64,000 nucleotides of DNA from an uncultured Candidatus Binatia bacterium (GTDB lineage: Bacteria; Desulfobacterota; Binatia; Bin18). A program made the translations under genes and the position numbers. The notes beneath the pieces were generated by a model. It saw only the letters and a list, made by a program, of their open reading frames with translations. It had not been told where the DNA came from and did no database searches. The DNA is taken from NCBI GenBank assembly GCA_965214605.1, contig OZ243961.1, positions 2,208,001-2,272,000 on the forward strand, in the 5' to 3' direction. How positions within the stretch are numbered: position 1 is the first letter of the stretch; each line of letters begins with the position of its first letter. Shown here one piece after another: positions 42,095 to 52,070 of the stretch.

Positions 42095-42577
42095 TCAGCC
42101 TCCTGCGCGGTGTATGCTGACCGTGCCCAGGAGCGGGTCGAGGGTCACGATAAAGACCACCTCAGAGCCCGTGTCTTGTCCATCCCGATTCTGCTCGATC
42201 CGAATTTCTCCTCCGGAATTTGTCCCGTCCGGATAAAAACGAAACTCCACTTCCTCCTCCTCACCCAACCACCGACCGGAGGCCGATAAGAGGCCGTCCC
42301 GAGGTGCCACCTCGACCACTCTGTCGCTGCCTTGGTGCCAATAGGTGTTGCTACGTGGAGCCACGACAAAGACCTGCTGTTGGGCGCGCTGGACCGCATA
42401 GATACGCATCAGGCTGAGCGCTGAACGCAGCCGCCCAGCGGTCTGCTGGAGATCTCCCCGGTTCAGTCGCTGGCTGACCATCGGCATCGCCAAGCCAACG
42501 GTGACGGCCATGATCAATACGACTAGGAGCAGTTCCAGGAAGCTAAATCCGGCGGGGTGTTTCCCAATAGAACGCAT
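42095..42577 (-). CDS. gspH: type II secretion pseudopilin H-like
   Basis: GFSFLELLLVVLI, FRFYPDGTNSGG. Confidence 0.8.
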   Translation of the reverse strand: MRSIGKHPAGFSFLELLLVVLIMAVTVGLAMPMVSQRLNRGDLQQTAGRLRSALSLMRIYAVQRAQQQVFVVAPRSNTYWHQGSDRVVEVAPRDGLLSASGRWLGEEEEVEFRFYPDGTNSGGEIRIEQNRDGQDTGSEVVFIVTLDPLLGTVSIHRAGG

Positions 42578-42647
42578 CGTACAGGACTCGGCTTGTCCTT
42601 ATTACCGCTTCAGGAGTGAGACACCCGGAGGTCGAACAGGAGTCGTC

Positions 42648-42833
42648 TTACTCGTCTGCTGGGGCGTTTTTCAGGGCCTGTATTTTGAAGACAATGACCA
42701 AACCCGCCAGGCCAGTCGCCACCAAACAGCGGACCTCGCTAAGAGGCGCTGGCGAGGCCAGCAGCTCCTGGCCACACACGAAAATCACTATCGCCATCAA
42801 GCCGATCATGAGCCGGTCCCAGAGTTTGCGCAT
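42648..42833 (-). CDS. small two-TM membrane protein
   Basis: 61 aa, AGGAG RBS, two hydrophobic helices, 10 nt downstream of the acyl-CoA dehydrogenase. Confidence 0.5.
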   Translation of the reverse strand: MRKLWDRLMIGLMAIVIFVCGQELLASPAPLSEVRCLVATGLAGLVIVFKIQALKNAPADE

Positions 42834-42843
42834 CGCTTGTCTC

Positions 42844-44019
42844 CTAGCGAATCACATCCATCCGGCGGGTCAAATCTTTGGTAATATTTTTCTGATGGGC
42901 CTCTAGCGTTCCGCCCCCAATCTCCAAAAGCTTGGCGTCCCGCCACAAACGTTCGACCACGTATTCGTTAAAATAGCCGTAGCCGCCCAAGACCTGCATG
43001 GCATTGTCGGCCACCTGTTTAGCCATGGTGGTCGCAACGAGCTTGACGCCGTCCGAGTCGATCCGCTGGCCCGGAGTGTCTAAACTCATACGTGTTGCAG
43101 TGTGATACAAATAGGTCCGGGCGGCCATGTACTGGGCGTAGGAATCGGCAATATAGCGCTGGATTTGTCCAAAGGAGTTGATCGGCTCGCCGTAGGCGGT
43201 ACGCTCGCTGGCGTAGCGGGTCATGATTTCGACACACCGCCCGGCAATCCCGGTCGCCATGGCAGCAATCGTGACCCGCTCGATTTCGAGGTTACGCATC
43301 AGGTGCAACAGGCTCTCACCTTCTTGGCCCAGACGGTTCTCAACCGGCACCGCGCAGTCCTCGAACACCAGCTCGGCGGTCATTGAGGCTCGCATCCCGC
43401 TTTTGCCGTGCAGGCGTTGGCCGAGCGAAAAGCCGGGGAAGTCTTTTTCAACCACAAACGAGCTCAGGCCCTGGTCGGTTTTGGCATAGACCAGGAAAAT
43501 ATCGCCCAGCGTTGTATCATCCAGGGCCCCGTTGGTGATAAACATTTTACGGCCGTTCAAATAATAGGTATCCCCGCGCTGGACGGCCTGCGATTTCATA
43601 CCTAGCACATCAGTACCTGCAGACGGCTCGGTCATACACATGCCGCCCACCCACTCGCCCGATATCACTTTATTGAGGTAGCGACGGCGCTGTTCGGCGT
43701 TAGCGTTCCGGCAGAAATTATTCACAAACAGCATAGAATGGGCCAGATAGGCCAAACAAAACCCCGGATCAACAGCCGACAGCTCTTCGTGGGCGATGAC
43801 GGCCGCCACGGCATCCATACCGGCCCCGCCGTAGCTCTCCGGCACCGAGATCCCAAGCAAGCCCAAGTCTCCCAGCCGACGGAAGAGACCGAGGTTAAAG
43901 CGTTCCTGTCTGTCCGATTCGAGAGCCTGGGGTTCGACCTGTTCACGGGCAAAATCGCGCACGGTCTGGCGCAACAAGGCGTGCTCCCCGGTTGGTTGAA
44001 ACAGGCTGTCCGTCTCCAT
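42844..44019 (-). CDS. isovaleryl-CoA dehydrogenase-like acyl-CoA dehydrogenase
   Basis: MCMTEPSAGTDV, LNGRKMFITNG, GMRASMTAELVF, QVLGGYGY, RLWRDAKLLEIGGGT. Confidence 0.92.
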   Translation of the reverse strand: METDSLFQPTGEHALLRQTVRDFAREQVEPQALESDRQERFNLGLFRRLGDLGLLGISVPESYGGAGMDAVAAVIAHEELSAVDPGFCLAYLAHSMLFVNNFCRNANAEQRRRYLNKVISGEWVGGMCMTEPSAGTDVLGMKSQAVQRGDTYYLNGRKMFITNGALDDTTLGDIFLVYAKTDQGLSSFVVEKDFPGFSLGQRLHGKSGMRASMTAELVFEDCAVPVENRLGQEGESLLHLMRNLEIERVTIAAMATGIAGRCVEIMTRYASERTAYGEPINSFGQIQRYIADSYAQYMAARTYLYHTATRMSLDTPGQRIDSDGVKLVATTMAKQVADNAMQVLGGYGYFNEYVVERLWRDAKLLEIGGGTLEAHQKNITKDLTRRMDVIR

Positions 44020-44051
44020 ACCTCAGTCTCCTTAGCGGACGGTAGACGGTC

Positions 44052-45521
44052 CTAGGCCGTCTCAGAAGCCCCATTGGTGTCGGAGAGAAACTGCTGGACC
44101 TGCGACTCGATAGCCGTGCCGGTAAAAAAGGCAGGGTTCATACTCGTCCACAGCCGGACCGGATTGGCAAACACAAATTCGCGAAAATCGTCTTGGCTGA
44201 TCACGCCATCTTCAACCCCTTCATACGCCTCACCCAATACGTCGGTCATATTCGGGACGTCAAAATGGCCGATGTCTGAGCCAAAAACCGCGTTCAGCTT
44301 CACCCCAAACGGATTCACCTTACGATTAAATGCCCAGGCGTTAATCGGATCATCGGCTTCACACCCAAAATAAAAATTTGACACAAACAAATCCCGAATA
44401 TCCTCGGCTCGCTCAATCTGACATCGGGCAAAGTCGTCGAGTTGGTCAGGTTCTTCGGTCAACAGCCCGCGACTGATAGAAGAGCGTAGCTCGCCAGCCT
44501 TCTCCACCACCCCGGCGGAACCATAGCGTTGGATCAGGTCGATTAGCAGTTCATGATTCAGATTAGCCGGATTGACCTCTTCTAAGGCCCCGGGGTTACG
44601 TTTGCTCCAGTGGCCAATCAGATCGCTGTACAGGCCGCACGCCCAGCCGACTCCACCCTCCAGAAAAGACAGACGCAGGGTTGGAAAGCGCCGGGTTACC
44701 CCGTTCATAAAGATGGACTTGCACACGGCTTCACCAGCGGCAGCAAAATGGCCAATGTGATTGTAGACAAAGTTGGAGATCGAGGTCCGCAGCCCGATCC
44801 CCGACGATGCCGAATGAAAGCTGGGCGGAATACCAAGTTCCACACACTTGGCCCACACCGGATCGTAATCGTGCTCGCTATCCAGCCCCAGGGTATCGTG
44901 CCACTGGGCATAGCGACTCGCCTCTGGGACATTTTTTGCCACCGACGGGACTGGCCGACGCTGGAGACTGGCCAGCATGGCCGCCTTGGTGCCAAGGTTC
45001 TTGGCCACAAACTCTAACTCTTCAACCGCCTCTTGAGGCGTATGCATGGGAATAACCGCGGCCGGGGTCAACCGCTCCTCTAGGCCCTTGAACTGATCGG
45101 CTGTATACATGTTAAACGCTCGGCAAGCGGCTCGGCGGACCTCCTCATTCCGCAAAAAGGGGGCGAACAAAGCACCGCCCGTGGGGTACATCACCGAAAA
45201 GTCCAGTCCCAGCTCACCCATCCGTTCGTACAGCAGTTCAGGCAGCATAGCCGTTGCCCGGTCGCGCGTATTCTTGGTCGGCACCCCCCACCAGGCGGGT
45301 TGCAGCATCCGCCGCTCACGGCGCTCTTGTCTGGACATCTGGGCCCACTTTTTATTGCCAAACTGGTTGGCGACTTTTTGGTAGCTCTCAACAATGCGAG
45401 CGCCGCCGACCTGACGCAGATAATCCATGGCCGCAGGTTCAAATTCGATCCAGTGACCGTCAGAGTCAATAACCGGATGACGCAAACGGGCGTGAATAGT
45501 TTCTGGGGAGGGGTATGGCAT
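44052..45521 (-). CDS. amidohydrolase_2 family protein
   Basis: VIDSDGHWIE, YDPVWAKCVELG..FH, FLEGGVGW, VFGSDIGHFD. Confidence 0.9.
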   Translation of the reverse strand: MPYPSPETIHARLRHPVIDSDGHWIEFEPAAMDYLRQVGGARIVESYQKVANQFGNKKWAQMSRQERRERRMLQPAWWGVPTKNTRDRATAMLPELLYERMGELGLDFSVMYPTGGALFAPFLRNEEVRRAACRAFNMYTADQFKGLEERLTPAAVIPMHTPQEAVEELEFVAKNLGTKAAMLASLQRRPVPSVAKNVPEASRYAQWHDTLGLDSEHDYDPVWAKCVELGIPPSFHSASSGIGLRTSISNFVYNHIGHFAAAGEAVCKSIFMNGVTRRFPTLRLSFLEGGVGWACGLYSDLIGHWSKRNPGALEEVNPANLNHELLIDLIQRYGSAGVVEKAGELRSSISRGLLTEEPDQLDDFARCQIERAEDIRDLFVSNFYFGCEADDPINAWAFNRKVNPFGVKLNAVFGSDIGHFDVPNMTDVLGEAYEGVEDGVISQDDFREFVFANPVRLWTSMNPAFFTGTAIESQVQQFLSDTNGASETA

Positions 45522-45607
45522 AGCTCTCGTCTCCTTTTCCCACGGCGTAGGCCTTGTACGACCCGGCCCACCAGGGCATCCTACTCGGCCCCCCACACAA
45601 TTCCTAG

Positions 45608-45634
45608 ACCCGTCCCAAGTGGCTTGGGACGGGT
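45608..45634. repeat. perfect 12-bp hairpin (terminator or stabiliser)
   Basis: ACCCGTCCCAAG-TGG-CTTGGGACGGGT between the SLT and amidohydrolase genes; no clear U tract. Confidence 0.6.
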
Positions 45635-45697
45635 GGGCCGAACGGCGTAACCGTGAATCACGAGCCCTCGGGCGTTCGCCATTCCCCACTGGGCCGC

Positions 45698-46405
45698 TCA
45701 GGAAACCAGGCAGGACTGCACAGGAGCGATCTCTGGATATACTGAGGAGGACAGCCCATATTGGGACAGCGAGTAGTCAAGAACCGGATAGAAAGGGGTA
45801 TGACCAGAGCGAATTTTTCCAGTCCGGTGCAGCACCTGATGGACATACCGCTGCGTTATCTGATACGGACGGTACCCTCGCTCTTTCAGACGAGTTGGTC
45901 CCATATTATAGGCAGCCAGGGCAGTTTCCAGATTATCAAAGTGGGACAGCATGGTTTTGAGATAGCGCAGCCCGCCGTACACCAGAACCGGTAAGGCGTA
46001 TTCGGACCGGGACAGGCCGACTTCCTCCAGGGCAATAGGTCTGATTTGCAGCGGCCCGCGACCACCCCGCGGGCCGAGTTTCATCGGGTTTCGGGCGTCA
46101 CTTTCCTGAATCAGGACCGCAATGGCCAAGGTTTCGTCAAGTTCCAACTCCCGCGCCACGCAGCGAGTATACTGCTCAAGGGTGAGCTGGTTGTCTTCCT
46201 GGGGGATCTTGTCCGTGACCGGCGGTTGCGGAGTCACCCGTATCGCTACGCTCTCGCTCGGCTCTTGCTTTGGCTCTTGCTTCGGAATCAGCGTTGCACT
46301 CATCGGTGGCTGAGGGACGAGGCATACGACGCTCAACAGCACGAGAGCGAGGCAGCCATAACGCCACGCCGAATGGGTCAGAGAGGGGGACGGGACAGCG
46401 TTCAT
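45698..46405 (-). CDS. lytic transglycosylase (SLT domain) protein
   Basis: AVLIQES, GPLQI, GLRYLK, ALAAYNMG, TQRYV; N-terminal TM segment; start codon uncertain. Confidence 0.85.
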   Translation of the reverse strand: MNAVPSPSLTHSAWRYGCLALVLLSVVCLVPQPPMSATLIPKQEPKQEPSESVAIRVTPQPPVTDKIPQEDNQLTLEQYTRCVARELELDETLAIAVLIQESDARNPMKLGPRGGRGPLQIRPIALEEVGLSRSEYALPVLVYGGLRYLKTMLSHFDNLETALAAYNMGPTRLKERGYRPYQITQRYVHQVLHRTGKIRSGHTPFYPVLDYSLSQYGLSSSVYPEIAPVQSCLVS

Positions 46406-46604
46406 ACCAACACATTTCTCCTTACGGGCGCAGCTTTTCCTAAACACGTGCAATTCAACAATAGGCGGGGTTGGGGGGACAGACAGGTTGGTCCGTGTCA
46501 CTCCTCAGAAGCGATGAGAGGCGGGGCCGTTATGCCACCTGAATTGATTCGCAGGAATAAGTCTCCTAGCATAGGAAATACAAGTCTTGCACAGGAGATC
46601 CGAT

Positions 46605-49600
46605 ATGGCGGCATCTCAATACCCACAGTCCGCAGCGGCAGATACCCGGCTTGACCAACTCGCTGAGCGGGCGATTTCTCTGGCTGCCCATCTTCTTGTC
46701 AGCGCCAAGCAGCAGCAGAACACCCGAGAGTTCGCCCATAATGTCAAAATTGCGCGCATGATGAAAGACCCCTTGGGCAAAGCCTCGACCATAGCTCTGG
46801 CCGACCAAGCCTTCCGGAGCCGTAATCCGGCTCGGATTGCGGACCAGCTCAAGCACCTCATCAAGCAGCATGGGGTGCCGCACTACTTCGCCGTGTGGGA
46901 ACAGGCCGGCCTGTACTTAGTCGGCTTGATGGCCACCTATATGCCCCAGGTGATCGTACCCTGGGTTGTAGCCAAGCTGCGCCACGAAACGCATGATGTG
47001 ATTCTCCCAGCCGAAGAGCAAGAGCTGCAGACCTATCTAAGCCGGCGCTCTCGCGCTGGCATCCGCCTCAACCTCAACCAGTTGGGGGAAGCTGTTCTTG
47101 GCGAACACGAAGCCCAACGCCGCCTGCGCGCGTATCTCTCTCTGTTAGAGCGTGACGATGTCGAATATATTTCGGTCAAGATTTCATCCATTGTCAGCCA
47201 AATTAGTCTCATCGCTTTTGATCAGACTCTGGCCGCTATCGCGAACCGTTTGCGTGACCTGTATCGGATGGCCATGACGCATCACTACATCACGCAGAGT
47301 GGGCGGCGGGTTGCCAAATTTGTCAATCTGGACATGGAAGAATACCGCGACCTGCACCTAACCCTGGCAGCCTTTCGGCAGGTACTGAGCGAGGAGGAGT
47401 TCCTCAACTACAGCGCCGGCATTGTGCTGCAAGCTTATCTGCCCGACTCGTATCCGCTCCAGCAAGAGCTGACCCAATGGGCTCAACAGCGGGTGAGGCG
47501 AGGCGGAGCGCCGATCAAGCTGCGCATTGTCAAGGGAGCCAATTTGGCCATGGAACGTCTTGAGGCCGCCCGGCACGGCTGGGAGCAGGCCCCCTATCCC
47601 ACCAAGCTTGAGGTTGATGCCAACTACAAACGGATGGTCCACTACGGCTGCCAACCGGCCCACGCAGAGGCGGTGAGGCTTGGCATTGCCAGCCACAACT
47701 TGTTCGATATTGCCTATGGCCTGCTGCTGCGAGATCACTACGGCGTTGTGGCCGAGGTCGAGTTCGAGATGCTCGAAGGCATGGCCAACCATCAGGCCCG
47801 AGCGGTCCAAAATGAAGCAGGTGGGCTGCTGCTCTACGCCCCGGTCGTCAAACAGCAGGATTTCCACAGTGCGATTGCCTATCTGGTGCGCCGTCTAGAT
47901 GAAAACACCGCGTCCCAAAACTTTCTGCACGACGCGTTTGGACTTGCGCCGGGCAGCCCCGAGTGGGAGCGGCAAAAGACCGCTTTCCTAGACGCCGTCC
48001 GTGCTCAGAACAGCGTCTCAGTTGGACCGCGTCGGACGCAAGACCGGACGGCCGCCTTGCGGCCCTTGCCACCCGACGCTCCTTTTATGAATACGCCCGA
48101 TACCGACTGGTCGCTGCGTCGTAATCAGCGCTGGGTAGCGGATATTGTTGCCCGCTGGAGTCAGCGTGTACCCGAACCGATTCGGCTCCAAATCGGGGGC
48201 GTGTTCATTGCGGATTCGTTCTCCGGGCAGGGGAAGGACCCCTCTCGCCCGCAGGACATCGCCTACCGCTACGCTCAGGCAAACCATGAACACGTGACAA
48301 AGGCTCTGGACAGCGCGCAGCACGCCCAGACAGACTGGGCCTCGCGCCCGATTTCAGAACGCAAGGAACTCCTTGAGCGGTGTGCCCAGGTCTTGGCTCG
48401 GGAGCGCGGTGAGTTGATCGGAGCGCTCATGCTAGACGGAGGGAAAGCCGCCGCCGAGGCCGATGGGGAAGTCTCTGAGGCAATCGATTTTGCCAACTAC
48501 TACGCCCGGTGTCTTGACGGCGTGGAAACCGAACTGACCGACTGTGCCTTCGCGCCGTTGGGGACCGTCCTGGTTACGCCCCCCTGGAATTTTCCGCTGG
48601 CGATTCCGTGTGGGGGCGTCTTAGCCGCTCTCATGGCAGGCAATACGGCCATCTTGAAACCCGCCCCGGAGACCGTCCTCGTCGGTTGGCAGCTGTGTAG
48701 CACCCTCTGGGAAGCGGGCATTCCAAAAGCTGTCCTGCAGTTTGTACCAACTCGTGAGGATGCGGCCGGCAAAGCCTTAATCATTGATGAGCGGGTCCAT
48801 GGAGTTATCCTGACCGGGGCGTATGCCACCGGCTGTCTGTTTCAGTCCTGGAGACCCGCTCTCAGACTTATGGCCGAAACTAGCGGCAAAAACAGTCTAA
48901 TCATCACGGCCTTAGCCGATCGCGATCAAGCCATCAAAGATCTGGTCCACTCTGCCTTCAGCCATGCTGGACAGAAATGCTCGGCGATCAGCCTAGCGGT
49001 GTTGGAGGCCGAGGTATACGACGATCCAAGCTTCCTCCGCCAGCTTCGGGATGCCGCGGCCAGCCTCGAGGTAGGCTCGGTCTGGGATGTGGCAAGTACG
49101 ATCACCCCGCTGATTCGGGAGCCCGGACCCGAGCTCCGGCGAGCCCAGACACGGCTGGACGACAGAGAGTCGTGGCTCTTAGAACCCCACCTCGTGAACG
49201 CGAACTCTCAGCTGTGGTCGCCCGGAATCAAGCTAGGCGTTCAACCCGGATCCTTTTTTCACACCACAGAATGCTTTGGTCCTGTGCTGGGGTTGATGCG
49301 GGCAAAAGACCTGGAGCACGCCATCTCGATTGTCAATGCCTCTGAGTTTGGCCTGACCAGTGGTATCCACAGTTTGGACGATCGAGAAACGACACACTGG
49401 CAAGAGCGGATCGAGGTCGGCAACGCCTATATCAATCGTCCAACCACAGGAGCGCTCGTTCGCCGTCAGCCTTTTGGCGGCTGGAAAAAGTCGGTTTTCG
49501 GGGGCGGTGCCAAGGCGGGAGGACCAAATTATGTCCTGAGCTTGGGTCGTTGGACCCAAGCTCAGCTACCGCTTCGGCAGCGGGAACCTCTTCCTGCGAC

Positions 49601-50189
49601 CAGCGCTCTCTTGCATGACCTGATCGCCCTAGGTCAGGCCCAAGGTTTTCTGACTGATGAGGAGGTCGCCTTGTTACAGGCCAGTGCCGGAAACTATACC
49701 TACGCATGGCAAACCCACTTTAGTCAGGCTCACGATCCGAGTCAGGTCTTGGGTGAACGCAACATCTTTCGCTATCGAACGCTTCAACAGATGCTGTTTC
49801 GCATCGAAGCGAACGATCCGTGGCATGCGATCGGACAGATTCTGCTTGCGGCCGCCATCTGCCAGACTCGGGTCGCGCTCAGTATTGATCCTCGGGCTCC
49901 GAGCCTCACTCCGCTCCTTACGCTCAATCCAGGAAAGCTTTTCGCTGAGTGTGGGACAAGGTTCAGGCAAAGTCTGCCACAATCCAAGGCAGAACGGCTG
50001 CGCGTCTTATCGCCCGTCCCCCAATCTATCCATGAGGCGGCCAACACCGCCCATATACCGATTATCGACGAACCGGTTCTGGCCAATGGACGTCTCGAAC
50101 TGCGCCACTATCTCCGGGAGCAGACGCTATCTCACACGACCCACCGGTATGGGAATATTTTTCCAGAGCCGAGGACAGAAGAAGTGTAA
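46605..50189 (+). CDS. putA: bifunctional proline dehydrogenase / P5C dehydrogenase
   Basis: NLDMEEY, GIVLQAYL, RIVKGAN, ASHN, YLVRRLDEN; ALDH motifs PPWNFPLAI, AETSGKN, AGQKCSA, ECFGPV. Confidence 0.96.
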   Translation: MAASQYPQSAAADTRLDQLAERAISLAAHLLVSAKQQQNTREFAHNVKIARMMKDPLGKASTIALADQAFRSRNPARIADQLKHLIKQHGVPHYFAVWEQAGLYLVGLMATYMPQVIVPWVVAKLRHETHDVILPAEEQELQTYLSRRSRAGIRLNLNQLGEAVLGEHEAQRRLRAYLSLLERDDVEYISVKISSIVSQISLIAFDQTLAAIANRLRDLYRMAMTHHYITQSGRRVAKFVNLDMEEYRDLHLTLAAFRQVLSEEEFLNYSAGIVLQAYLPDSYPLQQELTQWAQQRVRRGGAPIKLRIVKGANLAMERLEAARHGWEQAPYPTKLEVDANYKRMVHYGCQPAHAEAVRLGIASHNLFDIAYGLLLRDHYGVVAEVEFEMLEGMANHQARAVQNEAGGLLLYAPVVKQQDFHSAIAYLVRRLDENTASQNFLHDAFGLAPGSPEWERQKTAFLDAVRAQNSVSVGPRRTQDRTAALRPLPPDAPFMNTPDTDWSLRRNQRWVADIVARWSQRVPEPIRLQIGGVFIADSFSGQGKDPSRPQDIAYRYAQANHEHVTKALDSAQHAQTDWASRPISERKELLERCAQVLARERGELIGALMLDGGKAAAEADGEVSEAIDFANYYARCLDGVETELTDCAFAPLGTVLVTPPWNFPLAIPCGGVLAALMAGNTAILKPAPETVLVGWQLCSTLWEAGIPKAVLQFVPTREDAAGKALIIDERVHGVILTGAYATGCLFQSWRPALRLMAETSGKNSLIITALADRDQAIKDLVHSAFSHAGQKCSAISLAVLEAEVYDDPSFLRQLRDAAASLEVGSVWDVASTITPLIREPGPELRRAQTRLDDRESWLLEPHLVNANSQLWSPGIKLGVQPGSFFHTTECFGPVLGLMRAKDLEHAISIVNASEFGLTSGIHSLDDRETTHWQERIEVGNAYINRPTTGALVRRQPFGGWKKSVFGGGAKAGGPNYVLSLGRWTQAQLPLRQREPLPATSALLHDLIALGQAQGFLTDEEVALLQASAGNYTYAWQTHFSQAHDPSQVLGERNIFRYRTLQQMLFRIEANDPWHAIGQILLAAAICQTRVALSIDPRAPSLTPLLTLNPGKLFAECGTRFRQSLPQSKAERLRVLSPVPQSIHEAANTAHIPIIDEPVLANGRLELRHYLREQTLSHTTHRYGNIFPEPRTEEV

Positions 50190-50273
50190 CAGCACTCCTC
50201 AGCCGCTTTGACAACGAGGCGTGTTTGGCCGCATCTCTCGAAGCGAGCGAGACAGCCCGAACTTTTCACCGCT

Positions 50274-51992
50274 TCACTCTTCAGCCAAAGCAAAGACCCA
50301 CAACACGCCCCCCTGAGGAACGTGGACCGTATGGCCAAAGACTTTGTCAAGCAGTTCCTGCTTGCGCTGGGCATCCACGCCCCAACCGGACTGAACGGCG
50401 ATATACTGCACCCCGTCAATCGCATAACTACTCGGCACACCGGTCACACCCGAATTGGTCCGCTGCCGCCACACCACCCGGCCGGTTGTGGCGTCAAAGG
50501 CACGAAAGTAGCGGTCGTTGGTTCCGCCCGAGAACACCAAGCCCCCGCCGGTGGTCAGCACCGGCCCCCAGTTATGGTACTGGAAAGTTGCCGTCCAGAC
50601 CTTCTCGCTGGTGTTCATATCCCAGGCTTGCAGCTCACCAATATGATCTTTAGCGTCCTCATGCAGGAGGATTTCGATGTCGGAGATCTTCAGACCAATG
50701 AACAGATCGCCCGGCCGGTAGGTGGCTGGCTCGCCCTGCATGGCGCCACACAGATTTTCGTTGGCCGGGATGTACACATAGCCGGTCTTGGGATTATAGG
50801 CCGATGGAGGCCAGTCTTTACCGCCCCAGACCGAGGGACAGAACTCAGCCCGCTTGCCGATATCGGGAATTTTGTCTGGATCATACTCGGGTCGGCCGGT
50901 CTTGGGGTCAAGCCGTGTGAAAACGTTTTGGCGGACAAACGGTCGACCATCGACAAAGGTGATTTTGTCGGCGCTGCGCTCCAACAGCCACAAATACCCA
51001 TCGCGCCCGGCGTGGACCAATCCCTTAAAGGTTCTGCCGTCCCGCTGCACGTCGAGCAAGAGCGGAGCAGAGACCTCGTCCCAATCCCAGGAACCGTTCC
51101 AGTGATACTGGTGATAGCCCTTGAGTTCGCCACTGTCGGCATCCAGGGCGATGACAGAGGTGGCGTACAGATTATCGCCGGGACGGGCGCTTCCCATAAA
51201 CGGCCCGCCGTTGCCCGTCCCCCAGTAGGTCAAATTCGTTTCAGGGTCATAACTACCAGTGATCCAGATCGGCACCCCGCCCGTCTTCCAGCTGTCCCCG
51301 GCCCAGGTGTCGTGGCCGGGCTCGCCAGGCCCCGGAATGGTATAGGTTTTCCACACCGACTCACCCGTCTCGGCGTCGAACGCCTGAATAAAACCCCGAA
51401 TGCCCATCTCACCGCCGGACACGCCAACGACAACCTTGCCCTTCACAATCAGGGGGGCCAGAGTCATGTAATAGCCGACCAGATAATTCTCGACCTCGGT
51501 CTCCCACACCACGGCGCCGGTCTTGGCGTCGAGCGCGACCAAATAGGCATCAACCGTGGCCACATACACCTTGTCCCCATACAGGCCAACACCCCGGTTG
51601 GTTGGGTGCAGCTGGAACACATCCTCGGGCAGCTCTCGACGATAGCGCCAGATCAGATCACCTTTCTTGGCGTCCAAGGCCAGCACCTGGTTCTGCGGGG
51701 TGGTGATAAACATCACCCCATTGTTGACAATAGGTGGCGCCTGATGGCCTTCATCGACCCCGGTCGAAAAGGTCCACACCGGCACCAGCTTCTTTACATT
51801 CTGGGGCGTGATCTGATCCAGTGGGCTATAGCCCCAGCCGTTGTAGGTCGCCCGGTACATCAGCCAGTTTTCCGGCTCGGGCTTGAGCAGACGCTCATCG
51901 GTGACCGGGCTGTAGTTCATAGCCTGGGCAGAGGCAAAGCCGGGGAACAATCCGAGGACCAGCAGAGTGAGCAGAACTATCGTTGTGAACAT
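50274..51992 (-). CDS. PQQ-dependent dehydrogenase (methanol/ethanol family), secreted
   Basis: Signal peptide, WLMYR..GWGYSPLDQI, TNRGV, GGEMGIRG, YWGTGNG, WDWD, Trp docking repeats. Confidence 0.93.
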   Translation of the reverse strand: MFTTIVLLTLLVLGLFPGFASAQAMNYSPVTDERLLKPEPENWLMYRATYNGWGYSPLDQITPQNVKKLVPVWTFSTGVDEGHQAPPIVNNGVMFITTPQNQVLALDAKKGDLIWRYRRELPEDVFQLHPTNRGVGLYGDKVYVATVDAYLVALDAKTGAVVWETEVENYLVGYYMTLAPLIVKGKVVVGVSGGEMGIRGFIQAFDAETGESVWKTYTIPGPGEPGHDTWAGDSWKTGGVPIWITGSYDPETNLTYWGTGNGGPFMGSARPGDNLYATSVIALDADSGELKGYHQYHWNGSWDWDEVSAPLLLDVQRDGRTFKGLVHAGRDGYLWLLERSADKITFVDGRPFVRQNVFTRLDPKTGRPEYDPDKIPDIGKRAEFCPSVWGGKDWPPSAYNPKTGYVYIPANENLCGAMQGEPATYRPGDLFIGLKISDIEILLHEDAKDHIGELQAWDMNTSEKVWTATFQYHNWGPVLTTGGGLVFSGGTNDRYFRAFDATTGRVVWRQRTNSGVTGVPSSYAIDGVQYIAVQSGWGVDAQRKQELLDKVFGHTVHVPQGGVLWVFALAEE

Positions 51993-52070
51993 ACCGATTT
52001 CCTTACTTTAGTCTGGCCGCCGACTCTCCCACTTCCCTCTCGGTGATAATCCGACGTCTGTTTCTCTCCC

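Noticed and set aside
50208-52046. 612-aa plus-strand ORF
   Set aside because: Antisense shadow of the PQQ dehydrogenase.
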